Shown piece by piece: positions 48,109-56,962 of a stretch of DNA of 64,000 nucleotides. The first letter of the stretch is position 1. Every line of letters starts with the position of its first letter. The stretch is from NCBI GenBank assembly GCA_017521245.1, contig JAFXDI010000001.1, positions 35,178-99,177 on the forward strand, read 5' to 3'. This DNA comes from Bacteroidales bacterium (GTDB taxonomy: Bacteria; Bacteroidota; Bacteroidia; Bacteroidales; G3-4614). The notes beneath the pieces were generated by a model. That model worked only from the letters and a program-made list of their open reading frames with translations. It did not search any database and was not told the DNA's origin. Position numbers and translations under genes: made by a program.

Positions 48109-48139
48109 ATAAGGGAGTTAGACACTCTCTTATTTTTTT
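48109..48139 (+). terminator. rho-independent terminator between OmpH copies 2 and 3
   Basis: ATAAGGGAG-ttagaca-CTCTCTTAT (one G-U pair) followed by T6. Confidence 0.65.
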
Positions 48140-48151
48140 AAACATTATATT

Positions 48152-48658
48152 ATGAAAAAGATATTACTATTATCACTATTTGCTATAATCCCAATGTTGG
48201 CAATCTCTCAAATCCAGTTGAAGTTTGCAACAGTAAGATTACAAGAAATTTTTGATGCGATGCCCGAAACTGAAGAGGCAAATAAAAAATTAGCAGATTT
48301 GGCTCAGAAGTATAAGGAAGAGAATGAGAGCATAAAGAACGAGTATGAGAACAAATATACCGACTATGTAAAATCTCGTCAAACAATGCCTGAGAATATT
48401 AGAGCACGCCGAGAGCAAGAGTTGCTAACCATATCACAAGCAATAGAAGATTTTATGATGGTTGCACAAAATGATATTAAGCAACAACAAGAACTATTGA
48501 TGATGCCAATAAAAGCAAAACTTATGGAGGCAGTAAAGTCGGTAGGAGATGAAGGCGGATATATGTTTGTAATAGATGAAGCACAAATGCTCTACAAAGG
48601 AGCAAATTTTGAGGATATAACCATCTTTGTAAAGGCAAAATTAGACCTACTCAAATAA
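48152..48658 (+). CDS. OmpH/Skp-family periplasmic chaperone (copy 3)
   Basis: LKFATVRLQEIFDAMPE is parallel to copy 2. Length 168 aa. Confidence 0.75.
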   Translation: MKKILLLSLFAIIPMLAISQIQLKFATVRLQEIFDAMPETEEANKKLADLAQKYKEENESIKNEYENKYTDYVKSRQTMPENIRARREQELLTISQAIEDFMMVAQNDIKQQQELLMMPIKAKLMEAVKSVGDEGGYMFVIDEAQMLYKGANFEDITIFVKAKLDLLK

Positions 48659-48677
48659 AAAGATTAAAAAATATAGA

Positions 48678-48715
48678 AGAGAGTTACAGTAAAAGACTGT
48701 AATTCTCTTTTTTAT
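48678..48715 (+). terminator. rho-independent terminator after OmpH copy 3
   Basis: AGAGAGTTACAGT-aaaag-ACTGTAATTCTCT (one G-U pair) followed by T6. Confidence 0.7.
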
Positions 48716-48749
48716 TTGTAAATTTACGCCATAAATAAAAAACTATAAG

Positions 48750-49580
48750 ATGGAGATGCAGAGAGGACCGATAGCAGTATTCGATTCAGGATTTGGAGGA
48801 CTTACAATTCTGAAGGAGATAGTTAAGGCAATGCCCCAATATGATTATATCTATTTGGGAGATAATGCAAGAACACCATACGGAACACGCTCATTTGAAA
48901 CCGTATATGACTTTACGCTTCAAGCCGTAAAGCAAATGTTTAAGATGGGAGCTCCACTTGTAATATTAGCGTGTAATACAGCATCGGCAAAAGCACTCCG
49001 ATCAATACAGGTAAGAGATTTGCCCAATATTGATGCCACACGACGTGTATTAGGTGTAATACGCCCAACAGTTGAGGCGATAGGTAATTTAACCAAAACA
49101 GGTAAAGTGGGGGTATTAGGAACAACAGGAACAATACAATCTCAGACTTATCCGTTAGAGGTAAAGAAACTCTTCCCTGAAGTTGAGGTATTTGGACAAG
49201 AGTGTCCAATGTTTGTACCGTTGGTTGAAAATTCAGAATATGACAAACCCGGAGCCGATTACTTCGTAAAAAAATATATTGATGCACTAATGTCACAATC
49301 GCCGGATATTGATACTGTAATATTAGGTTGTACGCACTATCCAATATTAGAAGATAAGATACGAGAGGCACTCCCCAAAGGAGTAAACCTTATACTACAA
49401 GGCGAATTGGTAGCAGAGAGTTTAAAAGACTATCTTATGCGTCATCCCGAGATGGAGCAACGTTGTACAAAAGGAGGAGAGAGGATATACCTTACAACCG
49501 ATTCGGTTGAGAAGTTTGAGAAAACTGCAAAAATATTTATGCCCGACAAAGTTGCTGCAAACAAAATAACCATTGATTAA
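48750..49580 (+). CDS. murI: glutamate racemase
   Basis: FDSGFGGLT, ACNTAS and GCTHYP catalytic-Cys blocks. Confidence 0.9.
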   Translation: MEMQRGPIAVFDSGFGGLTILKEIVKAMPQYDYIYLGDNARTPYGTRSFETVYDFTLQAVKQMFKMGAPLVILACNTASAKALRSIQVRDLPNIDATRRVLGVIRPTVEAIGNLTKTGKVGVLGTTGTIQSQTYPLEVKKLFPEVEVFGQECPMFVPLVENSEYDKPGADYFVKKYIDALMSQSPDIDTVILGCTHYPILEDKIREALPKGVNLILQGELVAESLKDYLMRHPEMEQRCTKGGERIYLTTDSVEKFEKTAKIFMPDKVAANKITID

Positions 49581-49638
49581 TATGGTAGTGATATGGTAAT
49601 GTTCCGGCAAATGTAACCAGCACTCAAAACGGACATAA

Positions 49639-49679
49639 ACAAAATAGACCAATTAGTCTTACTAATTGGTCTATTTTGT
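49639..49679. terminator. bidirectional AT-rich perfect hairpin (18-bp arms) between convergent murI and the ACT-domain gene
   Basis: ACAAAATAGACCAATTAG-tctta-CTAATTGGTCTATTTTGT. Contains GACCAATTAGTCT. Confidence 0.75.
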
Positions 49680-49698
49680 TTATTATAGGATATCTCTT

Positions 49699-50127
49699 TT
49701 AAATTAGAGTTGACAAATCCTTCTCTGCAACAAAATTAAGTTTGTTAAGCATAATAATTTCATGAGCCTTCTCAGAATCTTTAGTACGGAAAATAAGAAT
49801 ACCCTTATTGCCTAACATAAACGAATACAAGTACGAAATATCAATACCTGCATCACTAAATAATTTAATAGTGTCGGCTGCTTTACCAACTTCATTCTCC
49901 AACGTAATAGCAAATACGTCAGTCAAGTTAACCGAAATACCTGCCTCTCTCAATGTTTCGTAAGCACGAGTAGGTTCAGAGCATATAATTCTGTAAATAC
50001 CATAGTCGGTAGTATCAGCAATAGTTGATGCTATAATTTGAATATTACCCTCTTTTAAAAGGTCAAGAACGCGTTGAATAGTTCCCGATTTATTTTCGGC
50101 AAAAACCGATAGTTGATGAACTGTCAT
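49699..50127 (-). CDS. ACT-domain protein (partner of the phenylacetate-CoA ligase-like enzyme)
   Basis: 142 aa with two ACT-like beta-alpha-beta-beta-alpha-beta halves (LSVFAENKSGT..., ITLENEVGKAA...). Lies immediately downstream of the PaaK-like gene. Confidence 0.72.
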   Translation of the reverse strand: MTVHQLSVFAENKSGTIQRVLDLLKEGNIQIIASTIADTTDYGIYRIICSEPTRAYETLREAGISVNLTDVFAITLENEVGKAADTIKLFSDAGIDISYLYSFMLGNKGILIFRTKDSEKAHEIIMLNKLNFVAEKDLSTLI

Positions 50128-50139
50128 AATTATAATAAA

Positions 50140-51438
50140 TTAAAAAGTTTTACGAAGATCTTTAACTCTCACAGCCTTACCTTCACTCTTAGGAAGTGAG
50201 CCTTTTGAAACCAAACGAACATGAGGAGTAACCAAAATCTCATCCTTAATTTGGCGAGTAATCTCTTTAGTAAGTGATTGTAAACGACCATAATCATCGG
50301 TAAACATATCGTTCAACTCAACATCAATAGTCATATCATCGTTACTATCTTTAGTTTCAAGAGTAATCAAATAATCAGTGCTTAACTCCTTGAATTGGAG
50401 AAGAATAGTCTCAATTTGAATAGGGAATATATTAACACCTTTAAGAATAATCATATCATCGCTTCGTCCTTTCATTCGGTCAAGACGTTTGTGGTGACGA
50501 CCACAAGGACACTCTCCGGGTAATACTCTGGTAAGGTCGCGAGTACGATAACGCAACAAAGGCATAGCCTCGCGGTTAAGAGTAGTAAGAACCAACTCTC
50601 CAACCTCGCCCTCAGCAACAGGTTCCAAAGTGTCAGGGTTAACAATCTCTACAATATAGTAATCTTCCCATATATGCAAACCATTCTGTTCGGTACACTC
50701 AAATGCAACGCCGGGGCCACACATCTCTGACATACCAAACGAGTTATAAGCCTTAACACCCAACATCTCCTCAATACGTTTGCGTTGCTCCTCCGAGTGA
50801 GGCTCTGCACCAATAATCAAAGTTTTAAGTTTAGTATCCTTTCGAGGGTCAATACCCATCTCAACCATCACCTCATGAAGGCGAGAAGCGTAACTTGGAA
50901 TAGCGTGAAGAGCAGTAGTGCCAAAGTCTGTAATAAACTTAATTTGACGCTTAGTATTACCAGCGGCAGCAGGAACAGTAAGCATACCCAAATGTTCAGC
51001 ACCATACTGAAAACCTAAACCACCAGTAAACATACCATAACCCGATGAATTTTGGAATACATCAGAAGGGCGTAAACCAACCATATGAAGGCATCTTGCA
51101 ACTGCCTTAGCCCACTCTTGAAGGTCTTTCTCTGTATGCAGAATAACGGTAGGGTTCCCAGTAGTACCACTTGAAGAATGAAGTCGTGTACACTTCTCTA
51201 ATGGTACCGAAGCAATACCAAAAGGATAAGTATCTCTCAAATCTTGTTTAGTAGTAAAAGGAATCTTCTTAAGATCATCCAAACTCTTAATATCTTCTGG
51301 TTTAAGATTAATCTCTTCAAAACGTTTCTTATAAAATGGAGAGTTCATACAGTGTTTAACAACTTTCTGTAATCTCTCTAATTGAAGTTTCTCAATCTCG
51401 GGACGACTCATCGTCTCCAACTCTTTATGTAAATACAT
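50140..51438 (-). CDS. phenylacetate-CoA ligase family (aryl/indole-acetate-CoA ligase) enzyme
   Basis: SSGTTGNPT (AMP-binding P-loop), YGMSE, RYRTRD, and C-terminal KA.RV.D. Length 432 aa. Confidence 0.87.
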   Translation of the reverse strand: MYLHKELETMSRPEIEKLQLERLQKVVKHCMNSPFYKKRFEEINLKPEDIKSLDDLKKIPFTTKQDLRDTYPFGIASVPLEKCTRLHSSSGTTGNPTVILHTEKDLQEWAKAVARCLHMVGLRPSDVFQNSSGYGMFTGGLGFQYGAEHLGMLTVPAAAGNTKRQIKFITDFGTTALHAIPSYASRLHEVMVEMGIDPRKDTKLKTLIIGAEPHSEEQRKRIEEMLGVKAYNSFGMSEMCGPGVAFECTEQNGLHIWEDYYIVEIVNPDTLEPVAEGEVGELVLTTLNREAMPLLRYRTRDLTRVLPGECPCGRHHKRLDRMKGRSDDMIILKGVNIFPIQIETILLQFKELSTDYLITLETKDSNDDMTIDVELNDMFTDDYGRLQSLTKEITRQIKDEILVTPHVRLVSKGSLPKSEGKAVRVKDLRKTF

Positions 51439-51570
51439 TGTTCTAAGATTTAATAAATTTCAAATAATCATCAAATTTATTAAAACAAAATAAAAAAACA
51501 AAGAGAAAACCAAACAAATAGAACTAACTTTTTGCCAATACCCCCTTATTTTGTAATTTTGTAATCAATT

Positions 51571-51996
51571 ATGGCAAGAATATTATCAATAGACTACGGA
51601 GCAAAGCGAACAGGAGTAGCAGTAACAGATACCCTGCAAATAATAGCAAATTCGTTGGCAACAGTTGCAACCCATGAGTTAATGAAGTTTCTTACCGACT
51701 ATTTTGCAAAAGAGGAGGTAGAGACCGTAGTAGTTGGTCTGCCCAAACAAACAGACGGAACATTAAGCGAAAATGCTGCCCGAGTAAAAACCTTTGTTAC
51801 CAAATTTAAAGAGAAATTTCCACAAATGAAAGTAGTAATGCACGATGAACGATATACAACCGTATTGGCACATCAAGCAATACTATCTGGAGGAGTAAAA
51901 AAATCGGCGCGTCGCGATAAAGGACTCGCTGATCGTGTGAGTGCAGTGATAATACTACAAAGTTATTTAGAGCAAATAAAATACAATAAACTATGA
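51571..51996 (+). CDS. ruvX: Holliday-junction resolvase-like nuclease YqgF/RuvX
   Basis: ILSIDYGAKRTGVAV, VVGLP, and DERYTT...A. Length 141 aa. Confidence 0.87.
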   Translation: MARILSIDYGAKRTGVAVTDTLQIIANSLATVATHELMKFLTDYFAKEEVETVVVGLPKQTDGTLSENAARVKTFVTKFKEKFPQMKVVMHDERYTTVLAHQAILSGGVKKSARRDKGLADRVSAVIILQSYLEQIKYNKL

Positions 51997-52550
51997 TATT
52001 ACCAATCTATCTATACGGAATGCCCGTATTACGTAAGCAAACACAAGATGTAACCCCAGATTATCCCGATTTGGATAAATTGTTGGTGAATATGTACGAA
52101 ACCCTTACACAATCCGAAGGAATAGGTTTGGCAGCACCGCAAGTGGGATTAGCATTAAACCTCTTAATAATTGACCTTGATCCTATATCAGATACCTATC
52201 CTGAGTATAAAGGATTAAAAAAAACAATGATGAATGTAGTAATAGAGGAGTTGGAAGGAGAGAACATTACACGTCCTGAAGGATGCTTAAGTCTTCCGGG
52301 AATAAGCGAATCTGTAACACGCAAAGAGAAGATAAAAGTAAGTTATGTAGATGAAAGATTTGAGCCACACACCGAGTGGTTTGAAGGTTATATAGCACGT
52401 GTAATACAGCACGAGCAAGACCATTTGCAAGGCAAATTGTTCATCGACCACACCTCGCCCATACGCAAGCAGCTGATAAAAGGAAAACTCAATAATATTC
52501 TAAAAGGCAAAGTCTATTGCGACTATCGTACACGAGGAGCAAAAAAGTAA
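51993..52550 (+). CDS. def: peptide deformylase
   Basis: GIGLAAPQVG, EGCLS and QHEQDHL metal-binding motifs. Confidence 0.92.
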   Translation: MILPIYLYGMPVLRKQTQDVTPDYPDLDKLLVNMYETLTQSEGIGLAAPQVGLALNLLIIDLDPISDTYPEYKGLKKTMMNVVIEELEGENITRPEGCLSLPGISESVTRKEKIKVSYVDERFEPHTEWFEGYIARVIQHEQDHLQGKLFIDHTSPIRKQLIKGKLNNILKGKVYCDYRTRGAKK

Positions 52551-52585
52551 TTCGTTTAAATTAATCTCTTAAGCAAATCCTATAT

Positions 52586-53317
52586 ATGAAATTCAAGTCA
52601 ATAATATTATTGATTATAGCACTAATTTCAGTTAATACAATAGCGCAAAACAAAGTTGAAATATATAAAGGAGGAGAGTTAATATATAGTGAGTATATAT
52701 CAGAGATAGATAGTATAAAATTAAAAAGAAGTATAAACGGACATACCTACGTTGATCTTGGCTTATCTGTAAAATGGGCAACTTGCAATGTAGGAGCCAC
52801 TTCACCTGAAGAGGCTGGAGACTATTTTGCATGGGGTGAAACAGCCTCAAAAAGTTGGTACGATTGGACTACATATAAATTGTGCGAAGGCTCCCGGGAA
52901 ACAATGAATAAATATTGTAGTAAATCAACTTTTGGAACAATTGATGATAAAACCCAACTTGATTTAGAAGATGATGCCGCACGAATTACTTGGGGAGGAA
53001 GTTGGCGAATGCCAACAAAAGAGGAGCAAGATGAATTACGCGACACAAATAACTGTGAATGGTTTTTGCAGACAATTAATGGCGTAAGTGGATATACTGT
53101 AAAAAGTAAGAAAAACGGAAATACAATATTCTTGCCAATAGCAGGATATTATAATGAGAATAAGAATCTTATGACAGCAAACGGCTATTATTGGTCAAGT
53201 ACTCTTTATATAGATTATTGTAATAATGCGAGGTTCTTGCAATTGACATTAGATAATATATCATCAAGTCTTGCTCCACGATATTATGGATACCCTATCC
53301 GTCCTGTGAGTGAGTAG
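52586..53317 (+). CDS. secreted protein with Fibrobacter-succinogenes-major-paralogous (FISUMP/TIGR02145-like) domain
   Basis: Signal peptide, then VDLGLSVKWATCNVGA, YFAWGE, WRMPTKEEQDEL, FLPIAGYY and YWSST, which is the pattern I associate with this domain family. Confidence 0.55.
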   Translation: MKFKSIILLIIALISVNTIAQNKVEIYKGGELIYSEYISEIDSIKLKRSINGHTYVDLGLSVKWATCNVGATSPEEAGDYFAWGETASKSWYDWTTYKLCEGSRETMNKYCSKSTFGTIDDKTQLDLEDDAARITWGGSWRMPTKEEQDELRDTNNCEWFLQTINGVSGYTVKSKKNGNTIFLPIAGYYNENKNLMTANGYYWSSTLYIDYCNNARFLQLTLDNISSSLAPRYYGYPIRPVSE

Positions 53318-53330
53318 AATATGCATATTT

Positions 53331-53372
53331 AAAAATCAAGCGAGTTATCCAGAGATAACTCGCTTGATTTTT
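53331..53372. terminator. bidirectional perfect hairpin (19-bp arms) between convergent genes
   Basis: AAAAATCAAGCGAGTTATC-caga-GATAACTCGCTTGATTTTT. Confidence 0.8.
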
Positions 53373-53399
53373 ATCAACTAAGATGGATAACATCTCCTC

Positions 53400-54254
53400 T
53401 TACATTACAATACTTAGGTATATATAAGCTGCAGGAGCAGCCATAAATACACTATCAAAGCGGTCCATCATACCACCATGTCCGGGAAGTATCTTGCCTG
53501 AGTCTTTAACTCCGTAAGTACGTTTCAAAAGAGATTCAGTTAAGTCACCCATTGTAGCCGAAACTACCACAACAACAGCAAAACCTAACCATTTATATAG
53601 TTCCATTGAGTTTAAACCATAGTTCTCAAGAATAGCATAAATACCCCAAGAAGCGAGTAGAGCAAAACCTACGCCACCCCAAAAACCTTCCCACGATTTT
53701 TTTGGAGAGATACGCTCAAACAAACGGTGTCTTCCAAAAGTCATACCAGTAACAAAGGCACCAGTATCATAAACCCAAATAATAACCAATAGGGCAAGTA
53801 GCATTGTAGGTGTATATATTGAGAGAACTGATAATCCACTAAAAGCAATAAAACTCAAAAGCCCAACGGGAAGAGCAATATATAAGTGACCTGCTAAACT
53901 CTTAGCAGCGTATGTAAAAGGCTCCTCTCTCTTAGCATAAAGTTCAGTTATGAAAACAATCATAACATATAACAAGTATGGAGCGTAAGTTATTGCCTTA
54001 TTCTCAGTTGCATCCATTACCATAGTAGACTCCATCCAAACAATAGTAGTAAGGTATATACCGGCAGTAATGTGCATCATATATTGCATAAAGGTAAACT
54101 CGCCTTTGAAAATAATCTTGTAGAACTCATACAATGAAACACCAGTTATGATAGCAAGTAACGCCCATAACGATATAGGATTATACATTATTGCCCATAC
54201 AACAAAAGCAATAAAAAATATACCTGTGATGCTTCTTACAATAACACTTTTCAT
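53400..54254 (-). CDS. cdsA: phosphatidate cytidylyltransferase
   Basis: CTP-transferase signature SLLKRTYGVKDSGKILPGHGGMMDRFDS. I take the start at MKSVIVRS (54254), which avoids overlap with ftsH. Confidence 0.85.
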   Translation of the reverse strand: MKSVIVRSITGIFFIAFVVWAIMYNPISLWALLAIITGVSLYEFYKIIFKGEFTFMQYMMHITAGIYLTTIVWMESTMVMDATENKAITYAPYLLYVMIVFITELYAKREEPFTYAAKSLAGHLYIALPVGLLSFIAFSGLSVLSIYTPTMLLALLVIIWVYDTGAFVTGMTFGRHRLFERISPKKSWEGFWGGVGFALLASWGIYAILENYGLNSMELYKWLGFAVVVVVSATMGDLTESLLKRTYGVKDSGKILPGHGGMMDRFDSVFMAAPAAYIYLSIVM

Positions 54255-54258
54255 AAAA

Positions 54259-56328
54259 TTAATCTTTATCGGTTGTACTATCAGTTTTCTCTTCCTCAAC
54301 CAAAATGTTGTTAGTTATTACCTCCTCTTCTTCTACGTTCTTTTTCTCGCTTTTCTCCTCTTCACAACTATTGCTTGTTTCAGATGATTTCTCTTCTATG
54401 AATCGTTTCTCCTCCTCTAATCTTTTCTCTTCAGCCTCCATAATCTCTTCGGTGCGAGAACTCCATTGACGTTTTCCAAAAATCTTCTCAACATCTTCAG
54501 TAAATATAACCTCACGCTCTAAAAGAATTGAGGTAAGAGCGTGGTGTCCTTCGGCTTTCTCCAAAAGAATTTTTTTGGCTCTCTCATATTGCTCTGCAAT
54601 AAGTCTGTTAACCTCTTTGTCAATTAATTTAGCAGTATCTTCGCTATAAGGTTTAGTAAAACCATAACCTTGACCAGATGAGTCGTAGTACGAAATATTT
54701 GGCAACTCAGGGCTCATACCAAAATATGTTACAAGAGCATACGCCTGTTTGGTAACACGCTCTAAGTCGTTAGCCGCACCAGTAGATATTTTGCCAATAA
54801 ATAACTCTTCGGCAGCACGTCCACCAAGAATAGCACAAATCTCATCTTGAATTTGCTCCAAAGTTGTAATCTTACGCTCTTCGGGTAAGTACCATGCCGC
54901 ACCTAAAGCCTTACCTCTTGGAACAATAGTAACCTTAACCAATGGATTGGCATATTGTAACCACCAACTCAAAGTTGCATGACCGGCCTCGTGAATAGCG
55001 ATAGAACGTTTCTCCTCTTCGGTAGTAATCTTTCCACGTTTCTCCAAACCACCAATAATCCTATCAACAGCATCCATAAAGTCTTGGCGGCTCACCTCAT
55101 TTTTGTTTCTACGAGCCGCAATCAACGCAGCCTCGTTACAAACATTAGCAATGTCAGCACCTGAGAAACCAGGAGTCTGTCTTGCAAGTAAGTCAACATC
55201 AACACTCTCATCAATCTTAACACCTCTTAGGTGAACATTAAATATCGCTTTGCGGTCATTAAGTTCCGGAAGTTCAATATATATTTGGCGGTCAAAACGT
55301 CCAGCGCGTAAAAGAGCCTTATCCAGAATATCAACGCGGTTAGTAGCGGCCAAAACAATAACACCACTGTTAGAACCAAAACCATCCATTTCGGTAAGAA
55401 GTTGGTTTAGAGTATTCTCACGCTCCTCGTTTGAACCCATACCAACATTCTTGCCTCTGGCTCTACCTACTGCATCAATCTCGTCAATAAACACAATACA
55501 AGGAGCCTTCTCTTTAGCCTGTTTAAATAGGTCTCTAACGCGTGAAGCACCCACACCCACAAACATCTCAACAAAGTCAGAGCCAGAGAGCGACAAGAAA
55601 GGGACATTAGCCTCTCCTGCAACAGCCTTTGCTAAAAGAGTTTTACCAGTTCCTGGAGGGCCTACAAGCAATGCACCTTTAGGAATTTTACCACCTAATA
55701 CAGTATATTTTTTAGGATTCTTCAAGAAATCAACAATCTCCTCAACCTCCTGTTTTGCCTCGCTCAAACCGGCAACATCATTGAAAGTAACCTTAATAGG
55801 TCCGTTCTTGTCAAAGACTTGAGCCTTTGCCTTACCAACGTTGAAGACACCTCCGTTGCCGCCTCCACCGCCGCCAGACATTTTACGCATTATAAAAATC
55901 CAAAATACCACGAGTAGTAGTATAGGACCAAATCCCCATATAATATCAGTAAAATCACTACTATCGTCGTATGTGATAGGAACATTAAAGTTGTTCTCTT
56001 TCTTCCACTCCGAAGCCGACTCGCTAAAATTATCAGCAGAGGGGATATTAACAATCAAAGTTGGATTCTCCCCAACCTTAGTAATATCTTTCTCAAAAAT
56101 CTTTGCGCCTAAACTATCTGTAAGAACAGCCTCAATTGTTCCACTATTGCGGAACACCTTTATGGTCTTAATGCCATTGTTCTCGTTTTTGGCAATCTCT
56201 TCAAACGTACTCCAAGGAACCTCTTTACTCACCGAATCGTCATTCTTGTAGTAAAGAACGATAAGGGCAATTGCGATGAGCGAATATACCCAATATAAAC
56301 TTATTTTAAATCCTCCTTTTTTACTCAT
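54259..56328 (-). CDS. ftsH: ATP-dependent zinc metalloprotease FtsH
   Basis: Walker A GPPGTGKT, Walker B IVFIDEID, the SRH region, and zinc site HEAGHA. The C-terminus is an acidic, Glu-rich tail. Confidence 0.95.
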   Translation of the reverse strand: MSKKGGFKISLYWVYSLIAIALIVLYYKNDDSVSKEVPWSTFEEIAKNENNGIKTIKVFRNSGTIEAVLTDSLGAKIFEKDITKVGENPTLIVNIPSADNFSESASEWKKENNFNVPITYDDSSDFTDIIWGFGPILLLVVFWIFIMRKMSGGGGGGNGGVFNVGKAKAQVFDKNGPIKVTFNDVAGLSEAKQEVEEIVDFLKNPKKYTVLGGKIPKGALLVGPPGTGKTLLAKAVAGEANVPFLSLSGSDFVEMFVGVGASRVRDLFKQAKEKAPCIVFIDEIDAVGRARGKNVGMGSNEERENTLNQLLTEMDGFGSNSGVIVLAATNRVDILDKALLRAGRFDRQIYIELPELNDRKAIFNVHLRGVKIDESVDVDLLARQTPGFSGADIANVCNEAALIAARRNKNEVSRQDFMDAVDRIIGGLEKRGKITTEEEKRSIAIHEAGHATLSWWLQYANPLVKVTIVPRGKALGAAWYLPEERKITTLEQIQDEICAILGGRAAEELFIGKISTGAANDLERVTKQAYALVTYFGMSPELPNISYYDSSGQGYGFTKPYSEDTAKLIDKEVNRLIAEQYERAKKILLEKAEGHHALTSILLEREVIFTEDVEKIFGKRQWSSRTEEIMEAEEKRLEEEKRFIEEKSSETSNSCEEEKSEKKNVEEEEVITNNILVEEEKTDSTTDKD

Positions 56329-56348
56329 AAATCTTTTTGAACATGTAA

Positions 56349-56708
56349 TTAATCAAGATCGGGAATCTCTGTTATTTTAGCATCGCTCCAAAGTTGTTCT
56401 AACTTATAAAAGTTTCTAACCTCAGGTAAGAACACATGAACATACATGTGTCCATAATCAATAACAATCCATTGAGAGTTTTTGTAACCATCGTATCCAT
56501 AAGGTTTAATACCTAAGTCAACACGAACTTTCTCTCTAATGTTATCGGCAACAGCCGCAACTTGAGTTGTAGATTTGGCAGTACAAATAATAAAGTTTCT
56601 AACAGTTGCACCCTCAATATCAGAAAGGTCTGCAACAATAATCTTACTACCCTTTTTATCTTGAATAGAATCAACAATAGTTGAAATAAGTTGTTCTTGA
56701 ATATCCAT
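56349..56708 (-). CDS. rsfS: ribosome silencing factor
   Basis: 119 aa. FIICTAKSTTQV, W.V.DYG...VHVF and YKLE.LW blocks. Confidence 0.87.
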   Translation of the reverse strand: MDIQEQLISTIVDSIQDKKGSKIIVADLSDIEGATVRNFIICTAKSTTQVAAVADNIREKVRVDLGIKPYGYDGYKNSQWIVIDYGHMYVHVFLPEVRNFYKLEQLWSDAKITEIPDLD

Positions 56709-56821
56709 TAAAATCTCTATCGTTATTTATTAATAAAATTACACAGAATTAAAGTACAAAAATAGTGCCAATGGTTAAATTATACAATTATATGCCAATA
56801 TGTCGTATAACTATGACAAAC

Positions 56822-56837
56822 TATCTTTGCAAAGATA
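56822..56837. promoter_or_regulatory. perfectly palindromic double -7 box TATCTTTG/CAAAGATA in the divergent rsfS-prfB intergenic region
   Basis: The 16-bp palindrome tatctttgcaaagata reads TAnnTTTG on both strands. Confidence 0.45.
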
Positions 56838-56962
56838 ACTCTTAAATGGCAAACCTACATAATCTATAATAGTAAAAATATGCTCTGTAATCAATCTTTT
56901 AAGAAAGTTTGGCAAATCCCACAACAAATATTAATTTCGCTGTTGCAAAAAATGTAAAATAG

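Noticed and set aside
55250-55822. A 190-aa plus-strand ORF, and 55841..56251, inside ftsH
   Set aside because: Both are antisense shadows of ftsH. Their Ser/Pro/Thr-rich low-complexity translations carry no motifs.
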